Part shown: positions 1-14,825 of the stretch, piece by piece
Position numbering within the stretch: the first letter of the stretch is position 1
How the letters are laid out: every line of letters begins with the position of its first letter
NCBI GenBank assembly: GCA_036339995.1
Contig: JAYYZW010000119.1
Coordinates: 691-64,690, forward strand
Direction: 5' to 3'
Source: Pseudomonadota bacterium
Lineage (GTDB): Bacteria; Pseudomonadota; Gammaproteobacteria; Ga0077536
DNA length: 64,000 nt
The notes under the pieces: model-generated
The model's database searches: none
What the model was told of the DNA's origin: nothing
Seen by the model: only the letters and a program-made list of their open reading frames with translations
Program-made: the position numbers and the translations under genes

Positions 1-186
1 TTCCTGACACACACCGTGATCAACGGCCGTTACTGCCTGAGATTCTGTATTGGCCAAACGTATACCGAGCAGAGGCATGTCGAGCAGGCGTGGCAGCTCA
101 TACGAGAATCGTGATGCAAAGCGCACGACACACGGTTCCCCTATCGTGTCCGAATTGGACCTGAAACGGCCCACCCAGTTAGGAAG

Positions 187-1860
187 CTAGAATAAGCCGA
201 CTATCCGCCCGTCGGAATCGACGTCGATTTTTTCCGCTGCAGGCGTACGCGGCAGACCCGGCATCGTCATCATGTTACCCGCGATGGCGATGACGAAACC
301 GGCGCCAGCAGCAACGCGGATCTCGCTGATCTCTACCGTATGGCCGCTCGGCGCACCGCGTACTCCGGGATCGGTCGAGAACGACATCTGAGTTTTCGCT
401 ATGCACACCGGGAAATCACCGTAGACAGCATTGAGTTCCTCGATCTCCCGGCGCAGTTTGGGTGTGGCATAAATATCCGAGGCGCCGTAGATCTTCCTCG
501 ACACCGTGCAGATCTTGTCCCACAGAGGGTCTTTTGCATCGTAGACATAGCGGTGGGCGACACTGTTCGCATCGACGATTTCACTCACTGCCCGGGCCAA
601 ATCCTCGGCGCCCGCGCCGCCTTCGGCCCAGTGTCGCGCGACGACCGCTTTGCCGTCTAGCGAGCGCACCTTGTCGAGGAGCAGAGTAATTTCCGCGTCG
701 CTGTCGTGCGTGAAATGATTGATGCTGACAATGCAGGGCAGTCCATAATGTTGCTTGATGTTGTTCATATGGCGTTCGAGATTCACGCAGCCAGCGTTCA
801 ATGCATCGAGATTTTCATCGTTCAATTGATCCACCGCCATGCCCCCGTGGTACTTGAGCGCGCGAACGGTCGCCACCAGCACCACCGCCCGCGGTTTGAG
901 GCCCGCCATGCGGCACTTGATGTCGATGAACTTCTCGGCCCCCAGATCAGCGCCGAATCCGGCCTCGGTGACGACGTAATCCGCGAGTTTGAGCGCGGTA
1001 CGGGTCGCGATCACCGAATTGCATCCGTGCGCGATGTTCCCGAACGGACCGCCGTGCACTAAGGCCAGGTTGTTCTCGAGCGTCTGTACGATATTCGGGT
1101 TGATCGCGTCTTTTAGTAGCGCCGCCATGGCGCCGTGGGCCTTGAGATCGGCTGCGGTCACGGGCCGTCGGTCGTGGCGTGTATAGGCCACGACGATTCG
1201 CCCGAGGCGGGATTTGAGATCCTCCAGTGAGCTTGCCAGGCAGAATATGGCCATGACTTCGGAAGCAACGGTGATGTCGAATCCGTCTTCGCGTGGAACG
1301 CCGTTAGTGGTGCTGCCGAGAGCGATAACGGTGTTGCGCAGCGCGCGGTCATTCATGTCGACTACGCGTTTGAATTTGATGAGACGCGGATCAATGTCCA
1401 GCGCGTCGCCGTGGTGGATATGGTTGTCGAGCATGGCCGCGAGCAGGTTGTGGGCGGCCCCGATGGCGTGGAAATCGCCGGTAAAGTGCAGATTGATGTC
1501 TTCCATCGGTACCACCTGCGCATAACCGCCGCCGGCGGCCCCGCCCTTGATGCCGAAACAGGGTCCGAGCGAGGGTTCCCGCAGGCACATGATGGTGGTC
1601 TTGCCGATCCGGTTCATGGCGTCGCCGAGACCGACGGTGGTCGTCGTCTTGCCCTCGCCGGCCGGGGTCGGGCTGACTGCGGTAACCAGAATGAGTTTGC
1701 CGTCGGCGGCGGTTTCGAGACTGTGGATGTATTCGAGCGACAGTTTGGCCTTGTAATGACCATAGGGCTCAAGGTGTTCCGGCGCAATGCCGAAGCGCTC
1801 GCGAACGAGATCGACGACGGGCCTTTTGGCCGCCTGTTGAGCGATTTCAATGTCCGACAT
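187..1860 (-). CDS. fhs: formate--tetrahydrofolate ligase
   Basis: 557 aa ORF. Full-length similarity to Fhs, including the typical C-terminal ...IVGLF and a TAG stop. Confidence 0.9.
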   Translation of the reverse strand: MSDIEIAQQAAKRPVVDLVRERFGIAPEHLEPYGHYKAKLSLEYIHSLETAADGKLILVTAVSPTPAGEGKTTTTVGLGDAMNRIGKTTIMCLREPSLGPCFGIKGGAAGGGYAQVVPMEDINLHFTGDFHAIGAAHNLLAAMLDNHIHHGDALDIDPRLIKFKRVVDMNDRALRNTVIALGSTTNGVPREDGFDITVASEVMAIFCLASSLEDLKSRLGRIVVAYTRHDRRPVTAADLKAHGAMAALLKDAINPNIVQTLENNLALVHGGPFGNIAHGCNSVIATRTALKLADYVVTEAGFGADLGAEKFIDIKCRMAGLKPRAVVLVATVRALKYHGGMAVDQLNDENLDALNAGCVNLERHMNNIKQHYGLPCIVSINHFTHDSDAEITLLLDKVRSLDGKAVVARHWAEGGAGAEDLARAVSEIVDANSVAHRYVYDAKDPLWDKICTVSRKIYGASDIYATPKLRREIEELNAVYGDFPVCIAKTQMSFSTDPGVRGAPSGHTVEISEIRVAAGAGFVIAIAGNMMTMPGLPRTPAAEKIDVDSDGRIVGLF

Positions 1861-2025
1861 GGGTTATTCTCGCGATGATTGAGAACGGTTCAGGGTCGCG
1901 CTTGGGTCTCCGAGCAAGTCGGTCAGGGCGGCGCGCGCGAGTTTATCATCAATTCCGAAATCGATTACGCGCACGATCTATAACCGGGCGATTAGTGGAC
2001 GCCAATGGCGCGATGAAGCCTTGAT

Positions 2026-3757
2026 ATGACAAGCTTGTTTAAGCACATCGCGGAGAGCTTGGAGCGCTTTCGCCTGCGCCTGGCTGCGGCCCAGGCCGAC
2101 GGGTTTCTGGCTTTCTTGGGCCTGCTTAGCGGCATTGCCGCGGGCACCCTGATCGTCGCCTTTCGCTACGCCATAGAATTCATGCAAAACGGATTGATGC
2201 CCGCGCTTCCCGGCGAGGCGTTCGAATGGCTAGACCCGTTCCACCGCTTCGCCCTGCCTGCTGCGGGCGGACTCGTTCTGGGCGTCGCCTACTAGCTGTT
2301 ACCTGCGCCGTCGCGCACCGTCGGCATCGTTCATGTGCTCGAGCGCCTCCATTACCACTAGGGCCGCGTGCCCGGCCGCAACTTGGTGGTGCAATTCATC
2401 GGCGGTGCCGTCGCGCTGGCTTCGGGGCAATCGGTCGGCCGCGAAGCCCCCAGCGTGCATCTCGGTGCCGGCGCAGCCAGTCTGCTGGGGCAGCGGCTCG
2501 GATTGCCGAACAACAGCATCCGCATCCTGGTTGGGTGCGGTGCTGCGGCCGCAATCGCCGCTTCTTTCAACATGCCCCTCGCCGGCGTGGTGTTCGCCAT
2601 GGAAGTCATCATGGTCGAGTACACCATCGCCGGGTTTGTCCTGGTCATCCTGTCCGCTGTTGCGGCAACCGCGATCACGCGGGCCGTGTTCGGTGAGGAA
2701 ACGGCCTTCCTCGTGCCCTTATTGGGACTCGCCTCATTATGGGAATTCGGTTTCATCATCTTGATGGGGGGATTGATCGGCGTGATATCCGCTTTGTTCG
2801 TCGGTGCGATTCGTGCGCTGGGGCGCACCGTCGTACGGGTCCACGTGATGTTGCAGTTAACCGCGACAGGATGTTTCGTCGGTGCCCTCGGCGTCGCCGT
2901 GCCCGAAGCGCTTGGTCTCGGTTATGACACGGCCAACACCACCATTGCGGGGCATCTGGGGGTGTTGTCCATCATCACGGAGTTCGTCGCAAAATTCGCA
3001 GCAAGCGCGCTGTGCGCCACCGTGCGTATGCCCGGGCGGCCTGATCGGACCGAGCGTCCTGATGGGCTGCCTCCTCGGCGCTTGCTTCGCCAAACCGATC
3101 GTGATCGTGCCGGGGGTGGCCGCGCATCCTGCCCTGTATGCAATGCTGGGAATGGGAACGATGATGGGCGCGGTGCTACAGGGGCCACTTCTGGCCTTGC
3201 TCGAGATGACCGGCAACCCGCTGATCATCATGCCGGGCATGCTTGCAGTGGTGAGCGCCAATCCGACCGCCAAGATCGTCTTCAAGCAGGAATCCGTCTT
3301 TACGCATTTGATTCGCGACGCCGGTCTTGATTACCGGCGGGATCCGCTGTCACAAAGCCTGAGGCGCATCGGCGTGGCGGCAGTCATGAATCGTAGTTTT
3401 GAACATTCGCCGCGCCATTTGAAGGTAGAGCAGGTGCGCGAACTGCTGACGCGTGGTCCACAATGGATCATCGCCGAGAGCGAAGTCGAGCGTCCGCTCC
3501 TGTTGCAAGCCTCTGATTTGGCGCGTTACGTCGAATGGCAACCGGACGAAGACGTCGATCTCGTCGCGATCCCGGCCGATCGATACGAACTCGCCCCCAT
3601 TCATCTGCAGGCGAACCTGTTCGAGGCGCGCGAGTTGTTGCTGAGCGAGGACGCGGACGCGCTTCACGTCAGGCGGCCCTCGGCGCCGATGAGCTTTCGC
3701 ACCTTCGGCGTGCTGCGGCAGGAGGAGGTCGAATCCGCTTACGAATTTCGCCGCTGA
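2026..3757 (+). pseudogene. ClC-type voltage-gated chloride channel with C-terminal CBS region, disrupted
   Basis: Three ORF pieces (2026..2295, 2368..3330, 2882..3757) together encode one ClC protein with motifs GREAPSVHLG, GAPGGLIGPS and a CBS tail. In-frame TAG codons at 2293-2295 and 2359-2361. Frame +1 changes to +2 around 3015-3040. Confidence 0.6.
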
Positions 3758-3786
3758 GACGGCGCTTGCACGACCGTTCCCATTGA

Positions 3787-6346
<2,560 letters not shown>

Positions 6347-6368
6347 CGGGTTGGGCGCGGAACGATAA

Positions 6369-7664
<1,296 letters not shown>

Positions 7665-7740
7665 AGAGTGCCGCGAACGCGTTGTTCACAAGCTTGCATG
7701 GTACGCGCCCTATCGAGGAACGTCTGAGAGACGGGCGGTT

Positions 7741-8046
7741 GTGCGTGTCGTCATCGCGATTCTCTTGTTGGTTACGATCTATCTTCAGTATTCGCTTTGG
7801 TTCGGGCGAGGGGGTATTCGCGAAGTGAATAAGCTCGCGCAGGCGGTTGAGGCGCAGCGCGACGAAATCGCCCACCTGCAGGATCGCAATCGAGCGCTCG
7901 AAGCGGAAGTCATGGACCTCAAGCAGGGTCTCGAAGCAATCGAGGAGCGCGCGCGCAGTGAAATGGGCATGATCAAAGATGGCGAAGTGTTTTTCCGACT
8001 CATTGACCCCGCGCAGGTAGAATCGGCCGAAGGCGGGACGGAGTGA
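7741..8046 (+). CDS. ftsB: cell division protein FtsB (septum formation initiator)
   Basis: 101 aa, GTG start. TM helix followed by a coiled coil. LQYSLWFG motif as in E. coli FtsB. Confidence 0.85.
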   Translation: MRVVIAILLLVTIYLQYSLWFGRGGIREVNKLAQAVEAQRDEIAHLQDRNRALEAEVMDLKQGLEAIEERARSEMGMIKDGEVFFRLIDPAQVESAEGGTE

Positions 8047-8065
8047 TCATGATGCGGTTCGAAAT

Positions 8066-8776
8066 ATGAGCGACGCCATCGTCTATGCAGTCGTACCCGC
8101 CGCGGGCCAGGGTCTTCGCATGAGCGGCGGCATACCGAAGCAGTACCTCTTGCTCAATGGACGAAGCGTGCTCGAACAAACGCTCACAAGGCTGGCCGCA
8201 CACCCCCGAATCGAGCGGATCGTCGTCGCAATCGCGGACGGCGACCTGCGCTTTGAAGCGCTCAGCGATCGGCTGCCGAACAAAGTGGTGGTGGTTCGGG
8301 GCGGGCTCGAGCGCTGCCACTCGGTTCTCGCCGGACTCGAATGGCTTAGCAGTTGCGTGCCGCCCGAGGCCTGGGTGATGGTGCACGATGCAGCGCGACC
8401 GTGCCTGCGTGCGAGCGACATCGATCGTATGATCCGCGATCTATCCGACACGACGACTGGGGGCATCCTCGCAGCGCCGGTGCGTGATACGCTCAAGCGC
8501 TGCGACGGAGATGATCAGATTACCGAGACCGTCGACCGCCGGGCAATGTGGCACGCGCTCACACCACAGATGTTTCAATTGCAGGCGTTGCGCATGGCGA
8601 TCGAATCCGCGCTGGCCGAAGGAATCATCGTGGCCGACGAAGCGCAGGCAATGGAGCGGCAGGGGGTGCGGCCGAAAGTGATCCCCGGGCACAGCGACAA
8701 CGTCAAGATCACCCACCCGGAAGACCTCGAACTGGCCGCATTGATCATGCAGGCGCAAGGGAAACCACGGGCATGA
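8066..8776 (+). CDS. ispD: 2-C-methyl-D-erythritol 4-phosphate cytidylyltransferase
   Basis: 236 aa, IspD-like (VPAAGQGLRM...). Conserved eno-ftsB-ispD-ispF gene order. Confidence 0.9.
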   Translation: MSDAIVYAVVPAAGQGLRMSGGIPKQYLLLNGRSVLEQTLTRLAAHPRIERIVVAIADGDLRFEALSDRLPNKVVVVRGGLERCHSVLAGLEWLSSCVPPEAWVMVHDAARPCLRASDIDRMIRDLSDTTTGGILAAPVRDTLKRCDGDDQITETVDRRAMWHALTPQMFQLQALRMAIESALAEGIIVADEAQAMERQGVRPKVIPGHSDNVKITHPEDLELAALIMQAQGKPRA

Positions 8777-9246
8777 GGATAGGACAGGGATACGACGCAC
8801 ACCGCTTCGGCCAAGGGGATCACATCATTCTGGGCGGCGTTGAAATCCCATTCGACAAGGGTCTCGCGGCGCACTCGGACGGCGATGTTCTACTGCATGC
8901 GATCTGTGACGCGCTTCTTGGTGCGGTTGCGCTAGGAGATATCGGCAGCCACTTTCCCGACTCCGATCCTGGGCTAAAGGACGTCAGCAGCCGGGATCTC
9001 CTGCGACGCGTAACGGAACTTCTGCGGGAGGCCGGCTACGCGCTCTGCAACATCGACGCCACCGTTATTGCGGAGCAGCCGCGCATCTCGCCCTTCGTCC
9101 GTGCGATGCGGGAGAATATCGCGGCGGATACGGGGCTGGCGATCGACGCCATCAGTATCAAGGCGACGACGACCGAGCGCATGGGTTTCACGGGGCGCGG
9201 TGAGGGTATCGCGGCTTCCGCCGTGTGCATGGTGCAAGCAGTTTAG
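8773..9246 (+). CDS. ispF: 2-C-methyl-D-erythritol 2,4-cyclodiphosphate synthase
   Basis: Internal ATG at 8773 (MRIGQGYDAHRF...) within ORF 8548..9246. ATGA overlap with the ispD stop. 157 aa, typical of IspF. Confidence 0.9.
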   Translation: MRIGQGYDAHRFGQGDHIILGGVEIPFDKGLAAHSDGDVLLHAICDALLGAVALGDIGSHFPDSDPGLKDVSSRDLLRRVTELLREAGYALCNIDATVIAEQPRISPFVRAMRENIAADTGLAIDAISIKATTTERMGFTGRGEGIAASAVCMVQAV

Positions 9247-9308
9247 CCCGCATATTTCATGAAGGCGCCTGGTTTCCTGGAGGAAACTCTGCGCGAGTCA
9301 GGCCGTTC

Positions 9309-9845
9309 TTAATTCTGTTTTCGCCGCAGGAGTACGTACAGCGCGCCAGAGCCGCCGTCGTTGCGCGGTGCCGAGGTAAAGGCGCGCACACTGCCATGCT
9401 GGCGTAGCCAGCGGCCTACCTTGGGCTTGAGTACCGGGTTCTTTCCGGGTGAACTCAAGCCTTTCCCGTGGATGACACGCACACAGGCGAAGCGCTGCCG
9501 GTTCGCGTGTACGAGAAACGCCACGAGTCGTTCCTTGGCTTCGGGCACCGTCATCCCGTGGAGGTCGAGTTCATCCTGTACGGCATATCGGCCGCGTCTG
9601 AGTTTGCGCAGCACGCTGCGCTGCAGACCGGGACGGTGAAATTCGGTGACCTCACCGCTGTCGGCGGAATCCCAGTCGAAATCACCGCGATCAAGGTCGC
9701 GCATGACGGCCGCTGCATCACTTTCGGAGTGACGCGGTAGCGGCGGCGGCCGCGGACGGTCCAGTGCGACCGTGTCGTGTTCGAGTCTCCTTACCTTGCC
9801 GAAGAGCTTCTGGAAGGAATCGAGTTCCGAATCATCCCGCGCCAC
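9309..9845 (-). CDS. smrB: Smr-domain endonuclease, SmrB-like (ribosome-collision mRNA nuclease family)
   Basis: 178 aa. Smr domain (LDLHGMTVPEA...VIHGKG). N-terminal DSFQKLF region resembles E. coli SmrB/YfcN. Confidence 0.6.
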   Translation of the reverse strand: MARDDSELDSFQKLFGKVRRLEHDTVALDRPRPPPLPRHSESDAAAVMRDLDRGDFDWDSADSGEVTEFHRPGLQRSVLRKLRRGRYAVQDELDLHGMTVPEAKERLVAFLVHANRQRFACVRVIHGKGLSSPGKNPVLKPKVGRWLRQHGSVRAFTSAPRNDGGSGALYVLLRRKQN

Positions 9846-9899
9846 GATATCGTCTCTCCTCGTAGTAATTTTTAGATCGGTCGGCGTGCCGCGACGAGG

Positions 9900-12800
9900 T
9901 CAACTACCGGAAACCCAGCGCCTTGCGTTGTTGAACAAAGCCATCCACGGACTTTCCTCATCGCCCCATGACGGTGGACACCACGAATACTGCTTGCTCA
10001 AGAACCCCCGTTCCGGATGCGGCATCATGATGGTGATCCTGCCGTCGTCGGTGGTGAGGCCAGTGACCCCGCGCGGCGATCCATTGGGATTAAAGGGATA
10101 GGTCTCGGTGCATTGTCCGCGGTTATCGACGAAGCGCAAACACACGCCGCGTTCGTCGTCCGGCGCGCCGGGGGGCCATAGTGCGCGGCCTTCGCCATGG
10201 GCGACGATAATGGGCGCGGACAGGCCTTCCAGGCCCGCGGTCAAAATCGAGTTCGATCGGATCACTTCGGCCATGACGAGGCGCGCTTCGAACTGTTCGG
10301 AGGTGTTGCGCTCGAATGACGGCCAGTGCGTGGCGCCTGGAATGAGGTCTCGAAGCTCGCTCAGCATCTGGCAGCCGTTGCAAACCCCAAGCGTAAACGT
10401 ATCCGGCCGAGTGAAAAAAGCTTCAAACACGTCGCGCGCGCGCCTATTCAGGCGGATGGTTCCAGCCCACCCGCGTCCCGCTCCCAGAACGTCACCGTAG
10501 GAGAATCCACCGCAGACCGCGAGACCGACGATACCGTTCAGTGATTCCCTGCCGTCGATGATATCGGTCATGTGTACGTCGACTGCATCGAAGCCGGCGC
10601 GGTCGAAGGCCGCGGCCATTTCAATGTGTCCGTTCACGCCCTGCTCACGCAGCACAGCGACCCGTGGGCGCGCGCCCGTTGTGGCGGCAACGGAAACGCA
10701 GTGATCACTGAAGTTTGTTCGCGGAAGCCTGATCGCAAGCCCTGGATCATCGCGATCGAGAATGACGGCGAGTTCCTGATCGGCACACTCGGGGTTATCG
10801 CGCAGGCGCTGTATCGCATGCGTCGTCGACGAATAAATGGCCAGCAACGCGTTCATATCCGCCTCGATTACCCGTTTCCCTCGGTGACCTAGCTTGAGCA
10901 TTCCATTGTCAACAGGCCGTCCGATCACGTGAACGCAGTCGCCAAGGCCAGTCGACTCCGCGAAAAAGGATTCGACGCGGTCGCGATCGGCGGCCGGAAT
11001 TTGGATGACCGCGCCGAGTTCTTCGGCGAACAAGGCGGTCAGCGGATCATTGCCGAGCGCAGTCAGATCGATATCCAGTCCATGCCTGGCGGCGAACGCC
11101 ATTTCGGCGAGCGTAACGGCAAGTCCACCGTCCGATCGATCGTGATAGGCCAGCAGATGACCGCCATCGTTCAGCGCCTGCACAGCCCGGAATAAATCTG
11201 CAAGGTCGCGAGCCTCCTCGCAGTCGGGAGGATCGCCGCCCGGCATGCCGTAACATTGCGCCAAGATCGATCCGCCCACTCGATTGCGTCCGCGGCCCAG
11301 GTCAACGAGCAGCAACACGGTGTCTTCATCGCGCGAGAGTTCGGGGGTCATGCTCTGGCGCACGTCTGTGACCGGCGCGAACGCGGACACGATCAGCGAA
11401 ACGGGCGCCACCGTTTGCCACGTTTCGCCGTCGACATCCCAAGCTGAGCGCATAGACATTGAATCTTTGCCAACCGGAATGTTGATACCCAGTGCGGGAC
11501 AGAACTCCAGGCCGATCGCGCGTACCATGTCATAAAGTCGGGCGTCCTCTCCCGGATGTCCCGCCGGGCACATCCAGTTAGCCGAAAGCACGACATCGGC
11601 CAGCTGTTTGATCCGCGCCGCCGCGATATTGGTGAGGGCCTCACCCACGGCGAGGCGGGCGGACGCGGGTCCGTCGATCAAGGCCACAGGCGTGCGTTCG
11701 CCCAGCGCCATAGCCTCACCGACATGGTTCGAAAAACCACTCGATGTCACCGCGCAATCGGCCACCGGTACCTGCCATGGCCCGACCATTTGGTCCCGAA
11801 CGGCGAGTCCGCCGACCGTACGATCGCCGATCGTGATAAGGAAACGTTTGTCGCCGACGCCGGGAAAGGAGAATACGCGCTCCAGCGCTTCTTGGAGATC
11901 GACCCGCGAGAGGTCTGGCGAAGCCAGGTCCGTCTTAACGTGTTCCACGTCACGCTGCATGCGCGGGGGTTTGCCGAATATGACATCCATCGGTATATCG
12001 ATGGCCGGCGTTCCCGTGAGGCTGTCACTTACGACGATCTGTTCGCGTTCGGTCGCCGTACCGACGACCGCATAAGGACAGCGTTCGCGTTTACAGATTT
12101 CGGCGATCTGTTCAACGCTGTCGGCGCTGACGGCGAGGACGTAACGCTCCTGGGCCTCGTTACACCAGATCTCGTGCGGCGACATGCCTGGCTCCGCGTT
12201 GGGAATGTCGCGCAATTCAATGATGCCGCCACGATCGCTGTCGTGCAGTATTTCCGGAATCGCGTTGGATAAACCGCCCGCGCCGACGTCGTGTATCGTT
12301 AGCAGGGGGTTGGCGTCGCCGGCGGCCCAGCACGTATCGATCACCTGCTGGCAGCGGCGCTGCATCTCGGCGTTATCCCGTTGTACCGACGCGAAGTCGA
12401 GGTCCGCATCAATGGCACCCGAGCCGAGCGATGATGCGGCGCCGCCCCCCAGGCCGATGAGCATCGCGGGCCCGCCGAGTACAAGGATCCGGGCACCGAC
12501 GGGAATCGCCTGCTTGACGACATGTCCGGGCCGGATGTTGCCTAGGCCCCCGGCCAGCATGATGGGTTTGTCATAACCGCGTACTGTACGTGTGGTATCA
12601 CCACGCGACTCGAAGCTGCGGAAATAACCGGTCAACGCCGGCCGACCGAATTCATTATTGAAAGAAGCAGCGCCGATGGGCCCTTCGAGCATGACATCGA
12701 GCGCTGTCGCAAGTCGGGGATTGAACGGCCGTTCGGTTTCCCAGGGTCGTGCGGCGCCGGGCAGGCGCAGGTGCGACACTGTGAAACCGGTCAAGCCCGC

Positions 12801-13784
12801 CTTTGGCTTCGCACCCCGTCCGGTCGCGCCCTCGTCGCGGATTTCGCCGCCGGCGCCGGTCGACGCGCCCGGATAGGGAGATATCGCCGTCGGGTGATTA
12901 TGCGTTTCGACCTTCATCACGATCGACACGTCTTCGGGATGATGCGCATAAATGAGGTTCGCACCGTTCACACAAAACCGCTCTGCGCGATAGCCCCGAC
13001 TGACCGCGGCGTTGTCTCGATAGGCGGACAAGACGTCGTTGGGATGGCGGGCAAAGGTGTTTCGAATCATGTCGAACAGGCTGAGCGGTTCCTCACGTCC
13101 GTCTACCAACCATGATGCGTTGAAGATCTTATGGCGGCAGTGCTCAGAATTGGCCTGCGCGAACATCATCAGTTCGACGTCCGTCGGATCACGTTCGAGT
13201 TCGCGATACCGACCGTCGAGATAATCGATCTCTTCGTCCGCCAGCGCGAGGCCGAGCTCCGTATTGGCGGCTATGAGTGCATCGCGTCCTTTTGCCAGCA
13301 GCGGGACACGGACTAGCTGACCAGGCCGTGCCGCCGAATTGAGCAGATCGAGCTCGGCGCACGATCGCATGACGGTTTCCGTCATGCGATCGTGGAGAAA
13401 CGGCAGCAAGCCTTCGATGCCCTTCCGGTCGAGGCCGGTGACGAACCAGGCGGTCACACGCTCGATACGCTCGAGTCCAATCACCCCGCAATTCACGCAG
13501 ATGTCGGCCGCCTTGCTAGACCAGGGAGATATCGTGCCGATGCGCGGCGTAACCAGAATGTCGGGCTCTGTGGCTGGATTGTCGCCGGCGTCGTCGCGCG
13601 CGCGGGTAAGCCGTTTCAGCAGGTCCCGCTCGGCATTCGTCGCACCGTCGGCGTTGTGGAACCAGGCGGCGAACAAATGCTCCGCGTCGATCGTCTCCAA
13701 GGCCGGCGCTACGTTTACGCAATCGGCCTTGAGTTTTTCGATTCGAAAGGGCGAAAGGGCGGAACCGCCCCGGAGTAACAACAT
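9900..13784 (-). CDS. purL: phosphoribosylformylglycinamidine synthase (single-chain large PurL)
   Basis: 1294 aa. N-terminus [18 protein letters not shown] parallels E. coli PurL. C-terminal glutamine amidotransferase domain present. Confidence 0.95.
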   Translation of the reverse strand: MLLLRGGSALSPFRIEKLKADCVNVAPALETIDAEHLFAAWFHNADGATNAERDLLKRLTRARDDAGDNPATEPDILVTPRIGTISPWSSKAADICVNCGVIGLERIERVTAWFVTGLDRKGIEGLLPFLHDRMTETVMRSCAELDLLNSAARPGQLVRVPLLAKGRDALIAANTELGLALADEEIDYLDGRYRELERDPTDVELMMFAQANSEHCRHKIFNASWLVDGREEPLSLFDMIRNTFARHPNDVLSAYRDNAAVSRGYRAERFCVNGANLIYAHHPEDVSIVMKVETHNHPTAISPYPGASTGAGGEIRDEGATGRGAKPKAGLTGFTVSHLRLPGAARPWETERPFNPRLATALDVMLEGPIGAASFNNEFGRPALTGYFRSFESRGDTTRTVRGYDKPIMLAGGLGNIRPGHVVKQAIPVGARILVLGGPAMLIGLGGGAASSLGSGAIDADLDFASVQRDNAEMQRRCQQVIDTCWAAGDANPLLTIHDVGAGGLSNAIPEILHDSDRGGIIELRDIPNAEPGMSPHEIWCNEAQERYVLAVSADSVEQIAEICKRERCPYAVVGTATEREQIVVSDSLTGTPAIDIPMDVIFGKPPRMQRDVEHVKTDLASPDLSRVDLQEALERVFSFPGVGDKRFLITIGDRTVGGLAVRDQMVGPWQVPVADCAVTSSGFSNHVGEAMALGERTPVALIDGPASARLAVGEALTNIAAARIKQLADVVLSANWMCPAGHPGEDARLYDMVRAIGLEFCPALGINIPVGKDSMSMRSAWDVDGETWQTVAPVSLIVSAFAPVTDVRQSMTPELSRDEDTVLLLVDLGRGRNRVGGSILAQCYGMPGGDPPDCEEARDLADLFRAVQALNDGGHLLAYHDRSDGGLAVTLAEMAFAARHGLDIDLTALGNDPLTALFAEELGAVIQIPAADRDRVESFFAESTGLGDCVHVIGRPVDNGMLKLGHRGKRVIEADMNALLAIYSSTTHAIQRLRDNPECADQELAVILDRDDPGLAIRLPRTNFSDHCVSVAATTGARPRVAVLREQGVNGHIEMAAAFDRAGFDAVDVHMTDIIDGRESLNGIVGLAVCGGFSYGDVLGAGRGWAGTIRLNRRARDVFEAFFTRPDTFTLGVCNGCQMLSELRDLIPGATHWPSFERNTSEQFEARLVMAEVIRSNSILTAGLEGLSAPIIVAHGEGRALWPPGAPDDERGVCLRFVDNRGQCTETYPFNPNGSPRGVTGLTTDDGRITIMMPHPERGFLSKQYSWCPPSWGDEESPWMALFNNARRWVSGS

Positions 13785-13797
13785 TTGATTTCTAACC

Positions 13798-13970
13798 CTT
13801 AGGGAATCTCTGAATAAGTCATGGTGCGTCTGAATTGTTCATAAAATTGTGCAGATCAAGGCACGAATCGCAGCCAATAGCGGGGACTATTGGCAAGGTT
13901 CGTAACGCTGAGCTGCGCGATTTTATGGGCAAGGCAGATGTGCCATGACTTATTCAAAGGTTCCTTAGGG
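13798..13970. repeat. MITE/REP-like palindromic mosaic element, copy 1 (about 173 bp)
   Basis: TIRs CTTAGGGAATCTCTGAATAAGTCATGG ... CCATGACTTATTCAAAGGTTCCTTAGGG. About 90% identical to the reverse complement of the copy at 31678..31847. Central hairpin CCAATAGcggggaCTATTGG. Confidence 0.8.
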
Positions 13971-14825
13971 TATGACTTCCACCTTCACCCAGACGTCGTA
14001 GACGTCGCTACCCTGGCGCCGCGTGCTGTAAAGCGTACCGCTCGTCGAATCGTTGAATGCCTGGGCGGCACCGCCGAATGGTATCCATTCGCCCAGCCGA
14101 CCGCTGACGGTCGTTGACAGGCCGCGTGAGTCGATCAAACCGCCGCCAGAGCGATTGAGGTTCTCGGTAAACGGCGAGATCTCAAGGTTGATCCGGTCGC
14201 CCGCAACACGCGGTAGGACGTAGAAACCTGCACCGGCATTACGATACCTGACGGACCCGAACACAGTAGCGCCATACGGCGTCCACACCACCGAGTGCTG
14301 CGGTATTGGGACGGATTTCCCCGCACTGATGAAAGCTGGCGACCCTTCAATGGCATGCACGAAATGCGTATTGTCGGCATCGTGCACGCCCTGCGTGCTG
14401 AAATTGCGATATTGAACGTGGTTATCTCTATCGCCATAGGTGATGCTCGCGCCCGGCCCACGCGCCGGCCGACCGACCCGGGCTTGAACATCGCCGCCAG
14501 TGATGCGGGCCGACAGTTCGTTTTCGCGAAGTTGCGAGTGCGCATCGATGTCCTGACGCACGGTGATGCGCAGTTGTTTCAGTTTCGCATCGAGCGCCGC
14601 GAGGACGTTCTTGAGATCGGCCAGGTTTTCGGGCGTCGTGCGGATGATCAGCTGGTCGTTCATTCCGGTCACAGTACCGCCTTCGACAACCAATGCCTGG
14701 AGAGTCGGTACAACGTCGTTCACAAGACGATGCTTGAGCGGAATGATCTCCAAGGTCATTTCGGCACTATGCACCGATGGGGCGATCGAGATAAGGGCGA
14801 TTGTTAAGATCAGGATACGGCTCAT
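13965..14825 (-). CDS. secreted hypothetical protein with secretin-N (NolW-like) short domain
   Basis: Start at internal ATG 14825 (MSRILILTIALISIAPSVHSA signal peptide) with a GGAGG RBS. N-terminal domain LEIIPLKHRLVNDVVPTLQALV...LIIRTTPENLADLKNVLAALD resembles the secretin N-terminal domain. No full secretin C-terminal domain. Stop codon TAA lies inside the repeat TIR. Confidence 0.55.
   Translation of the reverse strand: MSRILILTIALISIAPSVHSAEMTLEIIPLKHRLVNDVVPTLQALVVEGGTVTGMNDQLIIRTTPENLADLKNVLAALDAKLKQLRITVRQDIDAHSQLRENELSARITGGDVQARVGRPARGPGASITYGDRDNHVQYRNFSTQGVHDADNTHFVHAIEGSPAFISAGKSVPIPQHSVVWTPYGATVFGSVRYRNAGAGFYVLPRVAGDRINLEISPFTENLNRSGGGLIDSRGLSTTVSGRLGEWIPFGGAAQAFNDSTSGTLYSTRRQGSDVYDVWVKVEVIP

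Noticed and set aside
1-114. Possible 37-aa C-terminal fragment of a gene entering from the left edge (frame +1, ending in TGA at 112-114).
   Set aside because: Too short, with no recognisable homology, so it cannot be supported.
1411-1878. Numerous long ORFs antisense to, or frame-shifted within, real genes. Examples are 1411..1878(+), 2358..2828(-), 21132..21665(-), 26322..26936(-), 50208..50789(-) and 43205..43561(-).
   Set aside because: They overlap strongly supported genes and have no recognisable homology. Long spurious ORFs are expected in GC-rich DNA.
9247-9308. Short imperfect hairpin (GGTTTCCTggAGGAAAC) between the convergent ispF and smrB genes, considered as a bidirectional terminator.
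   Set aside because: Short stem and no U-tract. Not strong enough to call.
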